Source: Nemertoderma westbladi (lineage: Eukaryota; Animalia; Xenacoelomorpha). Taken from it: 64,000 nucleotides of DNA. Both the position numbers and the translations under genes were made by a program. Below the pieces are notes generated by a model that made no database searches, had not been told where the DNA came from, and worked only from the letters and a program-made list of their open reading frames with translations. Below are positions 45,566 through 58,900 of this stretch, one piece after another. Location of the stretch: assembly GCA_032718475.1 (NCBI GenBank), contig JAUCBJ010008708.1, positions 62,001-126,000 of the forward strand, in the 5' to 3' direction. Numbering within the stretch: the stretch's first letter is position 1; each line of letters begins with the position of its first letter.

Positions 45566-48500
45566 TGATATGTACTGATATGTACAATATACATGGCTCG
45601 CCCCTTATAGGACTATGTACGTAAGATACCGGTACCACTAGATAGGTGGAGGGTTTTCCCTATTGCTATGCTGTACTGATATTACACTGTACTGCTGTAC
45701 AACACTTTTATATTATACGTGTCTGCCTTATATACTATTGATATTCATATTATTGGGGATATTCCGATAGTGCAGACATACCATGGCGCTGCGAGTAGTT
45801 AAACTCACAACACGCATTTAGCATTTAAAGTGTAGCCAAAAGCAACCGCCTGAACGCCAACCCAAAAATGTCACTACCAACTGAGGATGACACCCTCAAC
45901 CTCGATACTTCATCCGTCGACAAACTCGATAGGAATACGCTAAAAGCTCATCTCACCAACGCTGAGATCACGTTTAGCGATAAAACTTCGACAGTTGCTC
46001 TGAAACAGAAACTGCGGAAATTCCTAGTGGAGGGCGACATAGAAGAAGAGGTGGTAGAATCAGTTGCAGGAGCAGCACACGGAATAGATGTAGCAGCTCT
46101 GCTTCACCAGCAACAGCAGCTGATTAACGACCAACGCGAACAGCAAATACGGATGTTCACTCAACTGCAAGGGTTGCAAATACAACAGGAGGAACAACAC
46201 GCCCGGTTTATGGAAACCCTCAGTGCTGGCGACACTTCTCGCCAACGCGACCGGAACATCGATACTGTCGCTCCACGCATCAACGAACGTGAAACAACTA
46301 AACTCACGGTACGCGCACCAAACCTATTGGAGGACGACGTCGACTTCAAGGAGTTTAAAAGGTGGGAGGCCACTTGGCGAAATTATTCCCGGGTCACGAA
46401 ACTCAATAATAAAATCAGAGAGGATCAACTAGCAACCTTCTTCTCATACTGCAGTCCGGATTTTTTGAACCGATTGCAGTACGCCATTAGTATCCCGCAG
46501 GATACCACATCGTCAATGGAGGAAATCCTTACGATCATACGAAATCACCTGCGAGCCCAACAAAATATAACGGTGGACCGTTATAAACTCGTCCGTAAAC
46601 GTCAGGATGATAAAGAATCCTTTGACGACTTCTATATTAGTTTGTGCGAGATGGCGGATGACGCGATTCTCGAGAGCATGGCAAAGGATGATTGGTTATC
46701 AACTCTCATAATTTGCGGTATAGAAGACGACGAAACTCGGTTGGAGTTGCTCGCAAAGAAACCTACGCTAACACGCGAAGAAATCGTAGATTTTTGCCGC
46801 AATAAAGAACTGGCTATGAAAGACGACCAACGACTAAAGCAAAACGTCGGCGCGGTTTATCCAAAATCCCGCCCCCATAGTCGCGGTCGCCCTCGCCAGA
46901 AAAAATCTGCTGATCCTAAGGAGAAACAACCTCGCCGCAACTCCCAACTTCCTCCCAATGTTTGCTACAAATGTGGCGGTACCTGGCCCCAGAACAGCAG
47001 CAAACCGTGTGCCGCCAAGGGTAAAACATGCTCCAACTGCAATCGTATTGGCCACCTAGCCGACGTGTGTCGTAATCCAAAAGAGAAACAGACGCCGAAA
47101 CGAACTGGAGCAATAATCCTGGCTGCATTCAAGGAGGCGGCCTACACATCGAGGCCCCTTATATCCATAGACTTCCATGATACTCAGGGCGAATACATAG
47201 CGACTAAAGCCTGCATAGCAGATACAGGGGCTCAGGTTACAGTTGCCGGAATACAACTGTTAAAACGGTTCGGTATAACGAGGGATAAACTCCAACCAAC
47301 GGAAGTAAACCACCAGAGTGCAGATGGTTCATCCATACATTGTCTCGGGTCCATAGACTTTATTCTTTGTGCGAAACCATCCTCTGACTCTCATACCGAA
47401 ACCATATACATTTGTGATAAAATGAAGAGAGATGTCTTCCTCTCCCTAGCAGCTTGTAAGGGACTACACATTGTACATGACATGTTCCCCGCCCCCTTCC
47501 CAAATCAATACAGAGTTGGTGCTGTGAAGGAAGTCCTACCGACGACGGATATAAAACTCGCAGAGAAAACGGAAAAAAAACTCATAGAAGAATTTTCCGA
47601 CGTTTTCGCTATCCCTTCAGAGTTGAGGACGATGAACGGCCCACCGATGAAAATCGAACTGAGGGAGAACGCAACCCCGTTTTGCATCTACGCTGCTCGG
47701 AATATTCCGCTCGCCTACAGAGAAAAGGCGCGCCTTGAAATCGAGGATATGCTTACAAAAGGAATAATCGAACGTGTCGGGTATCGAGCTGTTCCTTGGT
47801 GTCATCCGATTGTCGTATGCCCGAAACCCGGCAACCCAGAGGAAATTCGGATGACCGTCGACTTGACGAAACTCAATAACCAAGTGAAACGGACAATTCA
47901 TAACGCGCGTACGCCATCCGATATTATGATGGACCGCACACCAAACGCTCGCTGGTTCACCAAACTCGACGCCAAATCGGGTTATTGGCAGGTGGAGCTG
48001 GCTGAGGAGTCGCGCGACCTTACCACGTTCCTAACGCCTTGAGGGCGCTACCGATACGCCAGGGCCCCTATGGGATTCATTTCCACTGGAGACTCGTATA
48101 ACTACCGTGGCGACCTAGCTCTGGACGGTATACCTAACGTTAAGAAACTCGTGGATGATATACTCATAGAGGATGAATCCCTAGAAGAACACATCGATCG
48201 CGTCCGCACAATATTGGAGCGTTGTCGCACCCACGGAATAACTCTGAACCGCAAAAAGTTTCAGTTCGCCAAACAACGCATCCAATTCGCTGGTTTTATA
48301 CTTTCCAGCACCGGAGTAGAGGCCAATCCGGATAAAATCCGCGCAATCGTTGACTTTCCTACTCCCACGAATATAACAGAGTTGAGAAGCTTCATGGGTC
48401 TCACCAACCAGCTGGGATGTTTCTCCTCAGCCGTGAGCTCAGCCGCAATTCCTCTGCGTGAATTATTGCGCACTAGAAATAGTTTCACCTGGACAACCAT

Positions 48501-50150
48501 GCAGGATAATGCATTTAAAGAGGTTAAACTCGCGTTAACGAGTCCCCCTGTCTTAGCCCCATTCGAACTCCAGGCCGAAACACGCCTTGAAACAGATGCC
48601 AGTTGGTTACAAGGTCTGGGTTTTAATTTAATGCAAAAACAACAAAATGAATGGAAATTAATCATATGTGGTAGTCGATTTTTAACGAGTGTGGAAAGTC
48701 GATATGCAACTATAGAACTCGAAACCATTGCAATAAAGTTTGGTTTGGAGAAATGCCGCATATATCTGGCTGGCATTGAACCTTTTAAAGTAATTATTGA
48801 CCAAGCCCACTCGTTTCTATTTTTAACAAACATACACTGGGTCAAGTTGAGAATAACAAAATACAGCGTATAAAAGCTGAGTTGCAGTCAAATTATCTAT
48901 TTGATGTAGAATGGCGGCAAGGTGAGAAAAATCGCATTGCCAACGGTTTAAGCCGTGCCCCAGTTGATAATCCAGAGGATGTAATCGAGGATGAGATGGA
49001 TAACACCTCAACTTTGGCTGCAATTTCCTCTGCATTACAATCCCATCAAAATAGTATGCAAAATACTACATTACAGTGTGGCTCGCCCCATATCCCTTCT
49101 ACTGATGACCCTGTCATAGAAGAGATCTGGGCTGCAGCATTAGTGGACCCTGACTACCAATCCCTTTTGTGTGAAATTCTTCAGGGACCTACAAATAAAA
49201 ATACTGTGTCCAGCCTGACACAACAGTGTAAATCTATTATCCACGAAATGTCCGTCGAAAATGGACTGGTTTTATTTGGTGTACAATTAGTCATCCCGAA
49301 ATCAAAACGAAACCTCGTTCTAAAACGTTTACACGCCCCACATCAGGGTATAGTACGTACCAAACAACGACGGCCGATCTCCCAACGAGATTGTGTTCGG
49401 TCACAATCTACGGTCACGAGTGCCAGCTCACCATACTACTTACGATCCTAAATGGCGCGATGCTGCTGAAGAAGCAGACAACAAACACAGCATTATTCGT
49501 AAGAAGGCGATAGACCACTATAATAGCACTGCACGAAACCTAAAACCATTGCCCGTTGATACCAAAGTGCGCCTACAAAATGCCCGCACCAGAACTTGGG
49601 ACCGCACCGGAATTATAACCAGCCGGCAAGGAGCGCGTGACTATTGGATAAAACTCCCATCTGGGCGCGCAATGCGGAGAAACCGACGTTTCATACGACA
49701 ATTCAATGAGCCGCTAGAACTTGGAAACGACTTGCAAACCGGTGACTTCGAAACTGAAAGTAAATCTGATACAAACGTTGAAACTGAAGCAAGTAATAAC
49801 CACTCAGAAGAAACTGAAAGCAATTTACTACGCCACAGTACACGCTCACGTAAACCCATTGTGCGATTCGATGAACGGGTTTACGAAACAAGATTTTAAA
49901 TTGAAAAACATTAAAAATCTAAAAGGGGGAGTTGATATGTACTGATATGTACAATATACATGGCTCGCCCCTTATAGGACTATGTACTTAAGATACCGGT
50001 ACCACTAGATAGGTGGAGGGTTTTCCCTATTGCTATGCTGTACTGATATTACACTGTACTGCTGTACTACACTTTTATATTATACGTGTCTGCCTTATAT
50101 ACTATTGATATTCATATTATTGGGGATATTCCGATAGTGCAGACATACCA
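45566..50150 (+). mobile_element. Ty3/Gypsy element, Mag-like, defective
   Basis: 218-bp LTRs at 45566-45783 and 49933-50150 (2 mismatches noticed); 5-bp TSD CACAA; PBS TGGCGCTGCGAG (tRNA-Ser-like) at 45784-45795; PPT AAAAGGGGGAG at 49921-49931. Confidence 0.95.
45868..49899 (+). pseudogene. Mag-like gag-pol: single ORF broken by TGA at 48040, a frameshift near 48810 and an integrase-core deletion near 49370
   Basis: Two CCHC-type knuckles; ADTGAQVT; LDAKSGYWQ; LVDD; TDAS; LHAPHQGIVRTKQR joined directly to DGRSPNEIVFG…RRNRRFIR. Confidence 0.9.
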
Positions 50151-51432
50151 CACAAGTCCCAGATAGACCATATTCTGTTTCGTAGGAAATACAGGAGCTC
50201 TATACAAGACTGTAATGCATTTACACTTCGACCCTTCTCCAGTGATCACCGCCTTATTGTGGCAATGGTAAGACTTAGTCTGCGTGCTAGCAGAACAACG
50301 AAATCTGCCTTGCCGCGGCATGACTGGTCCTCTCTGTTGCAACAGCCAAGTGTGAAATCCAGTTTCACACTACAGCTGAGCAACAGGTATGAGGCTCTTG
50401 CCTCTGAGGCGGCAGATCACTGTGAGGGCTATACTGCCTTTACAGAAGCAGTTAGCAGCTGCAGAAACAGTTCCTGTATACCCACGAAACAGGAAAAGGG
50501 CCCCCTGGACTGACAACAAAATTCAGAAGTGCCGAAATGACCTTCATAAGGCGCAGAAAGATTCCCGACTCAAACAGACTACAGCGGCCAAGAATGCAGT
50601 TAAGGCTGCATCTAGGTCCCTGAACAGGCAGTACTCTGTTAATCTACAGGAGCTAATAAACCAACAGGTTGATGCCATCAATGATGCTGACGACGACAAC
50701 AGGAAATGGAAATTGATCAATTTGCTTACTGGGCGGAAAAGCCAACCAACCACCAAGGTTAAGGCTGAATCACCAGCCGATCGCCTCAATGGTTGGAAAG
50801 CCCACTTTGAAAAGCTCCTCGATAATGACAGGGTATTGCCTGATAACTTTATAGAAGTAAAAGTGTCTGAGTCTGTACTCCCCCATATTCCCATTGGCGA
50901 TATCTCCTTTGCAGAAGTGAAGACTGCTGCAAAGAGCATTAAGACCAATCGTGCCAGTGGAGTATATGGTGTTCCCCCTGAGGTCTTTAAAATACCTGAG
51001 TGTTTAAAGCTCATCTATCCCATCATAGTGGACATGTACCGAATAATAAGAGTCCCACAAGAAATGAAAACAAATAAGTTGGTGCCAGTTTCCAAGAAGG
51101 GCAACCTAACACTCTATGGTTCTTTTCGGGGAATCTCATTGATCTCGATTGCTGCAAAGCTATACAATAGGAATCTATTAAATCGCATCAGGGATACCAT
51201 TGAGAGACTGCTCCGTGGAAATCAGAATGGGTTCCGTAAAGGTCGTGGGACCATGGAGCCCATTCTGGCACTTAGAAGGATAATTGAAGAATTATCAAAA
51301 AAGAAAGACAGGCATCTGGCTGTTATCTTTGTTGACTTCTTCAAGGCCGTTGATTCAGTCTCTCGCTCATGTATGTTCAGCATACTTTCATTATATGGGA
51401 TTCCTGATGAAATTATTGCAGCAATCAGATCA

Positions 51433-53320
51433 TGTAAGGGTCCAGTAGTATACCGCTTACCAGATCCTAGTAACGATGTATCTTACTATGAGACTCTAGT
51501 AATGTATACGGGCTTGTACAGTATCTGACAACAAATCCCAGTCCAGGATATCTAAACAAACAGATATAGTACACAAACGACTACTGGCGAGGAACAGAGC
51601 CTTGTATCTATTCTATGTACGTGAGCGGGTCGAATGCCTACGTACTAGACAGAAGGATACCTGTCCTCTAACCGGTGAGGCAGATGTACAGTTACAGTAA
51701 CAGACCAAACTCACGGGAAAACAATCCCCGCGCAGCGAATCCTAACTATCACTGACAGTCCTAAATACAGTAACTTGCCGCGGTGTGATTTATATGGTTT
51801 ATATACGAGCTAGTGGGTTAACAGACCTAGCGTAACAACACTGACAGTCCTAAATCAGTCGAAAAGGGGTCGTACCTAAATGTAACAATAACTGATCCCC
51901 CTGTACGAAATCAGTCTAAAGGGTCAGGCCTAAATGTAACAATACCGTTGTCCAGACAAACAACAGTTTAATAACGAAAGTGAAATACTCCTTTTTTTGC
52001 CGCAACTAAATCAGATCCTAATTTTACAAATACAGATAATTTCCACCTAACGTAATGTATAGTACGCTATAGCTAGTAGAACTTTAAGGGCGATATGTTT
52101 TAGGGCGTGTGTGTGTGGGTGTGTTACAAATAAAACAATTTCGTGTAATTCCTTTTACTAGGTTTTAGTGATTTTCTGACTAAATGATACCGTGCGCTAG
52201 CTACTAAAATAAACTAGTCGCGTTTGTAGAACTTTATACTCACGAATGACGTCAAAGCTCTCTCCTTCCTATCCACAACCCAATGGGCAACCACAGTGTT
52301 AGTAACTACACCCGTGATCGGCACTAATACCAGATTCTGGTTGTAAGATAAGAATAGGGGTTAATCGCTACCGTACGTTAGCTGATCTGGTATACTAATT
52401 TAATTCTAGAACTTTGTTGCTGCGGTAGTTAGCAGCAATACCTATCAGTACGTGGCGAGGCGCGGTAGGATATTAATAAACCTCCCTAGGCCAAGCAGTG
52501 TGCCGGTAGCAGAAATGCTCCTTGCCTGATCAAATAGCTAACTCCAGACAGGGGGGGGGGGGGGGGGGGTACTAATGTACGTTCTACAAAGCGAACCGGT
52601 ACCAAACAGTCAGTGCTACGACTCACTAAATTATGGAACATATGCTGTCCGTACCTAATATGTACTCGCGTACTGACGAATGGCAATAGTTCGCACCTGT
52701 AGGAAGTACAGGTTAACCCAGGGATTCGTAGGACTTGACAAAGGGGGGGTGTCTGGATATAATTATTTGATCCTAAATTTGCGGCGTCCAGTACAGTGTC
52801 ACGCTTACCCTGATCTATAGGTCTTACGGCGGGCAAGGGCGTCGAACAAAGTCTTACCTTCTCACAAAGCGGGCGCTGCATAGCAAGTGGAGTATTTCGA
52901 AGGGCAAAGGGGGTGCGCGGTCAATCCAATGTGGGCGCTAGCGTGTTGTGGACATCTCTTCCCTGCGTTGCTTACGGCCTAACGATCTAGGCTGCCATCT
53001 CCCTGGTGTTCGGCTGTCCCGAAGTCGGACCAAAAGAAAACATGTCAGGAAATTGCAGTATATTTACAGTTTTACAAAAGGATTTATCAAATAAAGTTTC
53101 AACAAGAAACCGAATTAACTAATTTTACAAGAATAAACTATAAGGTGGAGAAAAGGGGTAACGAAGTATATATTGATAACCGAAGGCAAACCGGCCTTTT
53201 ATACTAGAAATTGCACATGGAAACTAAACAGAATTTTCCACAGCTTCACCATTGAGCAATGAAGTGCTTCGTGCTCTATGATTGGCCCAGCTCATCGTTC
53301 AACGCAGTCCGGCCCTTACA
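51433..53320 (-). repeat. Putative 3' LTR of BEL-C (about 1.9 kb)
   Basis: Inverted termini TGTAAGGG…CCCTTACA. The inner boundary is unconfirmed (no second LTR in the window, no clear PPT). Confidence 0.5.
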
Positions 53321-53489
53321 CTAATCTGGGACATGGAATCCTAACAGAATTTTCCACTGCCTCACATTTGAGCAATAAGATAATTTATGCCCTATGATTG
53401 GCCTGGCTCATCATTCGCTACGCTGTACGCTTCTCATTGGCCTACCAATTAGCACCACACGAAAATAAATGGCCCCAAAATACAAATTT

Positions 53490-53557
53490 CCCGACTGGGA
53501 TTCGAACTCGTAACCTACGTAATGTAACCAACGCCTTAACCATCTGACCACTACGCC
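53490..53557 (-). ncRNA. Degenerate tRNA-like Pol III promoter within BEL-C
   Basis: GGCGTAG-TGGTCAGATGG (A box)…GAGTTCGAATCCC (B box); the acceptor stem does not pair. Confidence 0.55.
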
Positions 53558-54218
53558 ACGAGAGTACCTAAGGGTTTTATGTGTACAAATATGAATAGGC
53601 ATATTACATTACTGTAACTTAATCAAAATACGTCGGATTTTCAAAAGTTTTTACGTTAAAGTTAAACTACAAATGCTATCTTATAGTGAAATAATTCATC
53701 ACCGCTCCATGAAAACAGTAAGTAAGACTGTTTTCACCAATCAAAATATAAAATATCTACAAACTATTTCTAAATTTACTGGTAGGGCCTAAAATATAAA
53801 ATATAATCACTATCTAATCATTGCATACTTAATATTGCAGATACGGCGTAAATACAATCGATCGTACATACAAATACAAATTTACGAATTAACTTTAGTG
53901 CCTAAAATACAAAAAAAGGCTTTCGGTTATCAAGGTAAGCAAATTAAACAAATCAGAACAAATAAATCAAACAAATCAAACAAATAAATCAAACTCTTTC
54001 GATAAATCTTTATATATTGTAAATATACATAATAAACCTTCACCAAATTAAATTAGTCCAAATATAATATAAACACAATGCGCTAATAACTTCCAATAGT
54101 GTCCTCCTGACGATCTGAAAAGTTCGTCCTACTGGTCTGGATGTCTTCTCCTGAGCATCAATTGCTAACGGTAGGCTCGCAAGCCTTCCTTTCCATCTCG
54201 CTCCTCCAAATCCAACAT

Positions 54219-54759
54219 TCATACATAATATCCGAATATAAATATCCAATATAACATCCAAATATAATATCTGAATATAATATCCTTTCTTCTCGCTTTC
54301 CTATTCCTTGGCCGACCGGGCTCGTCCACGTCCTCTATTGCGATTGGGTGGTGGTCGAGGTCGAACTGGGCTCGGACTTCGGCGTCGAGTTGTCGGTGGT
54401 TCCAAAACGCTAGGAAAGGGGACGACGGGAGATGAAACGACCCCCTTCTTGGTAACGCAGACTTTGGTGGTTTGGGCAACGCGCTAATATCGGCTCAGGG
54501 TTCTCGCAAACGTCGTTGGCGTCGCATAACGCATCGTAGGTGTACAACGCTTTGAACTCCGCGCGTAACTCCTCCGCTGTTTTGTTATAAGCGTCCAATC
54601 GCTGTCGCGTGATGTTTGGATCCGCCTTGGATTTAGCAAGCTTGGCTGTACTCCTAGCCATACTCTCCACTCCAAACAGGTTAAAGTTTTGGCCCCATAT
54701 CGGTTGAACGGCGCCTGGTGCTACTATTCCTGCGTGGATCCTTGATAATAGTGTTTCTA
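54219..54759 (-). CDS. BEL-C accessory ORF exon (predicted spliced; possible frameshift near 54450)
   Basis: GC-rich coding-like island (ORFs 54410-54772 and 54219-54479) preceded by a CTAAC branch point, pyrimidine tract and AG at 54761-54760. Confidence 0.55.
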
Positions 54760-55451
54760 CTAGAGGAAGCACAAACAGAGGTTAGATGTGAGGAGACTTA
54801 GAGTTTGTCGGCTTTTGGCTCAACTCTGCTCTAAACCCCAACCCATTTTGCCTAATGACTTCGGGTTCGCGTGATTTCGCACTGGCCCCTAATCCAAAAA
54901 ATTGTGCCGATAAAAAACGAATTCCGGGTAAACTAGCCGCGAGTCTAAAATACTCACCTTTTAATTTCCCAAACTACATTTCCCAAGAAAATAATGCAGT
55001 CGAGAATTAATTGGTCAAAATAATAGTAGACACGACTACGTAGAACAAGACCGATTTTCTTTTCCAGAAAAAATTTTATCGGTAGGCTCGCAAGCCTTCC
55101 ATCCGCTCTTGTCCTCCCCAATTTTAATTTTATCTAGCTGTATTCTAGAATTTGCTTTCACTGGAGAATCGTTTTTCTTAAATTTAAATCCAACTAAATG
55201 GATTTGTCTAATAATTTTTGAAAATTGTCTCACTTGTGGGTTCCAAGTGGAATTCCATTCCTACTGTACACACAATCCCGCTCCTATGTGATACATAAGG
55301 GTACTACCCTCCATGTTCACGTATAAAGACAATGGAATTCCACCGCTGTCTCTATCTACAGTGAAGAGGATTACAAATGCACGTACAGTAATACAAATAC
55401 AAATAACTAAAATACAGTAGGTCTATGTGGCGGCCAACAAAGGTCCCACAT

Positions 55452-55907
55452 CTATTTACTAATATTGGGTGGAGATTTGTAGTCTCCCGTCTCGTTTCTA
55501 GTCTCCTCAAGGAGTACGAGACGTTGTACAGGCCTATCTACGGTACGTCCGTCGATAGTCCGTACAGTAACTGTTCTCACTATACCAGATGTAGGGTGCG
55601 TGGTCAAAATGACTCCAGTCAGCCAAAACCGTATTTTCAGATTAGCTTCAGCCAATAAAACATGGTCACCACGTCTTAAACATCGGGTATTTAGATACCA
55701 GGAAGTTCTGGTTGAAATAGAGGGCAAATAATTTTTCTGCCATATTTCCCAGAATTTATTTGCAAGCAATTGAGTGATTTTCCAAGCCTTGTTGCCGTAT
55801 CCGTCACTATCAACGGGTACCGAAATGGGCAACAGTGTCGTCGGCGCCTGCATAAGCAGGTGCGCTGGTGTCAAGGCAAACTGTACGTCGTTATTGTCTG
55901 GGATCAT
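55452..55907 (-). pseudogene. BEL-C integrase C-terminal domain
   Basis: ALTPAHLL, FWEIWQKNYL, GDHVLL, W..G.I, GIVRTVTVRT, RPVQRLVLLE. Confidence 0.9.
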
Positions 55908-55913
55908 GGTGTT

Positions 55914-58900
55914 TCATGGTAATTCATGGTGTTGCGGTATGATGATAGGATACCTAAAGTCAAGTGCAAAGTCGATGTTTTGGAGTCTGGACTTGTGACA
56001 AAGTAAGCCCCGGTAAATAATCGAACTCCAACTCAAAATCGGTGAAGACTTAATCTGTTTACCTTGTTTGATCGCTGTGAACTCTCGTGCGAAATATCGC
56101 AATTGATAATGTCGAATGATATCAACTTCACAGTGTTCAATTTCCTTTAAGGTAAGTCTTCTAGGAAAGTCGCGTTTGCCTCTGGCATATTGTCTCAATC
56201 GTTTGAGCCATGCTAACTTGCGGCACGCGTCAGTCCATGATCTAGTTAGGTTCACTATCCTGTCAACGTAAGTGTTGGTGACGTCATCGGGTAAGGTGTA
56301 GTCGTAGTGTGGATACTTGTCTGGACTTGGTAGGCCCACGGGCCTTCCGGTAGGTTTGTCTGAGTCCCCAAGTACGTCAATCTCTACGGTCTTACCTTTA
56401 CCGTCCGCACCTAATATGTCGACTGGCAGTAATGGTTTCAACTCTACAGTGTCAGTGTGTTCCTGTGAGCCTGTAAGCTTCCTAACCTTAGTCACCACTT
56501 TACCTGTAGGTAAGTCAAGTACCTTCTTCGAGCGGAGTGTAATCCCTGTGGCCACATCTCTGTCGTCCAAAGAAGTCAAATTCGGTAAGTCTCTAAATGT
56601 CCGCTCCAATGGGTCTTCTAATGGAGTGTCTAGTAGACAGTCTGGTGAAGCGTCTGGTGAACAGTCTGGTGAGACGTCTGGTGAGACATAGCGCGGAACA
56701 TCCGGCGAAATGTCCTGTCGTCGGTCCCAAAGTCTGTCTAGCGTAACTTCTATCAGAAAGTCTGGTTCAAAGTCTGGTGAACAGTCGGTCGAGATGTCTG
56801 GTGAACAGTCTGGTGAGACGTCCGGTAGACATTCTGTCGAGAGTTCCATCAAACAATCTGGCGAACAATCCGGAGAACAATCTGGTGTCTCTTCTGGTGA
56901 ATAGTCTGGCGAGTAATCTGGTGAACAATCCGGCGAAACGTCTGGTGAAATCTCCCGCGGAACATCCGGCGAAGGATTCGTACAAGCGTCTGGTCGAGTG
57001 TCTGGCGAGACGTCTGGCGTAATGTCAGGTCTGGCGTCCAGGTCATCAGATTTCGTCCGTCCTTTTTTCCTTTTGACCTTGGCGTTGGCTTTCCATTTAG
57101 ACTTGACAACCTTGTCGAGTTTTATCTCGGCACCCTCTGGTATGGTGTTGGTTGTCGCGTCGAATAACGGTGGCCATTCGTCTGATGGTCGCTGTAGGAA
57201 ATCGGGTCCTCTAAACCAAAAGGATTTATTGTCCGGTTTACAAAAGTCAAGTGGTTGCATCCCCCGTGACGCGATGTCAGCTGGGTTCAGCTTCCCTGGA
57301 CAGTGACGCCAATCTTGTTTGAGCGACCGGTCTAGTATTTCAGCCCGTCTGTTGGCTACGAAAGTCTTGAACTCGAATGTTTCGTTGTTTATGTACCAAA
57401 GTACCAACGTCGCATCCATCCAATATGTGACCTTCAAGTTAGCCTCCAGCTCGCGTTGAACTAGACTGACAATATCGGTAGATATCGTCCCGGCTTGCAG
57501 CTCCCCACGAGGTACAGTCATATACTTCAATGGCATTGTTCTAGCCCTTGAAGTAACGAGAGATACATCGTAGCTGTCCGATGTCACTTGTCGTCTAAGG
57601 TATAAGGTAACCCCCAATCCATCCTTGCTAGCGTCACTAAAGCTGTGAAGCTCTAAATCGGCAGGAAAGGTGGTTTGTAAAGGAAAGTATACCCTCGGTA
57701 TGGTATAGTCTTGTAGGAACGTCAGTTGGGCTTCCCAGTCCCTCCATCGCTCAGCTAACTTTTCTGGGATGGGATCGTCCCATTCCAGTCCGGCTTGCCA
57801 AATGCTGCGGAGTATGATCCTAGCATGTAGGATCACTGGACTAATGAAACACAATGGGTCATACAATCGACTCATAGTCGATAAGCAAGTCCTCTTAGTG
57901 AGAGGTCTAGTCTGGTCGTTGGACCTTACACGTACCCTAAAATTGTCGGTGTTAGGGTCCCAACTAAGTCCTAATACTTTGGTCGTCGGCAGTGGTTCTA
58001 GGTCTAAGTCTAAATCACCTCCGCTACGATCCATCGGGTCAAATGAGTTCACCAGTTCGGGTTCGTTGGAAGCGAACTTCGTCAGGTGAAATCCGCCCTC
58101 AGCGAGACAATCCTGGAGTTGGTGTGCTACGGTTGTAGCGCGCTCCAAGGTGTCACAACTCTTGAGGCCGTCATCCACGTAGAAATCTCGTTCCACGGTC
58201 CGAACTACTTCTGGGTCAAATTGGTCTCGTCTGTCTAATGCTGTCTGCTTCAAGGCGTACATGGTGCAGTTGGGGCTGTCCCTGGCTCCGAATACTCTTA
58301 CCTGCATTTGGTAAGTTTCTGGCGGAAGTTGTAAGTTTCCGTCCGGATACCAAAGAAACCTCAAACTTTCCCTGTTCCGCTCCAAAGCCTTAACCTGGTG
58401 AAACATGGCCTCTACGTCACAGGTGAAAGCCACTTTGCGTTGTCTAAAACGCATTAGGACTCCCATGAGGTAATTATTCATATTCGGCCCGTCCATCAGT
58501 TCGCTATTCATAGACATCCCTTGGTAAAGCGCAGCGCAGTCGTTGACTACACGCACCTTGCCAGGTTTGTCCGGGTGTCGAACATAATGATGTGGCAGGT
58601 AATATGTCTGGTCTGTAGTTACCTCAGGATTTAACATCCTAATGGCGTATCCCTTTTGGAGATACGTCTGAAGTTGTGCATTGTATTGCATATGGGCCGT
58701 CTCGTCTCGCAACAATCGCTGCCTTATTGATTTGAGTCGCCTCAAAGCAAGCGGGTAATTGTTAACGAGCTTAGGTTGTCCATTGCGCCACAACATACCA
58801 ACCTCATAGTGGCCATTCGCGGTCTGGCGAATGGTATCTCTCATAATATTTAATGACCGTTTTTCCTGTTCTGACATAGCGGTCTCGTAACTACCGGGTT

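Larger units (their letters stand above)
45483..51432 (+). mobile_element. RTE LINE copy 2, interrupted by Mag-like Gypsy and cut by BEL-C
   Basis: TQFKKRTGKLWTHSGPSGH|KSQIDHILF…SDHRLI endonuclease end rejoined across the Gypsy. ORF 50389-51432 is highly similar to 11107-12200 (minus). Confidence 0.88.

Noticed and set aside
53490-53557. Functional tRNA gene
   Set aside because: No acceptor stem or clear anticodon arm; kept only as a tRNA-like promoter.
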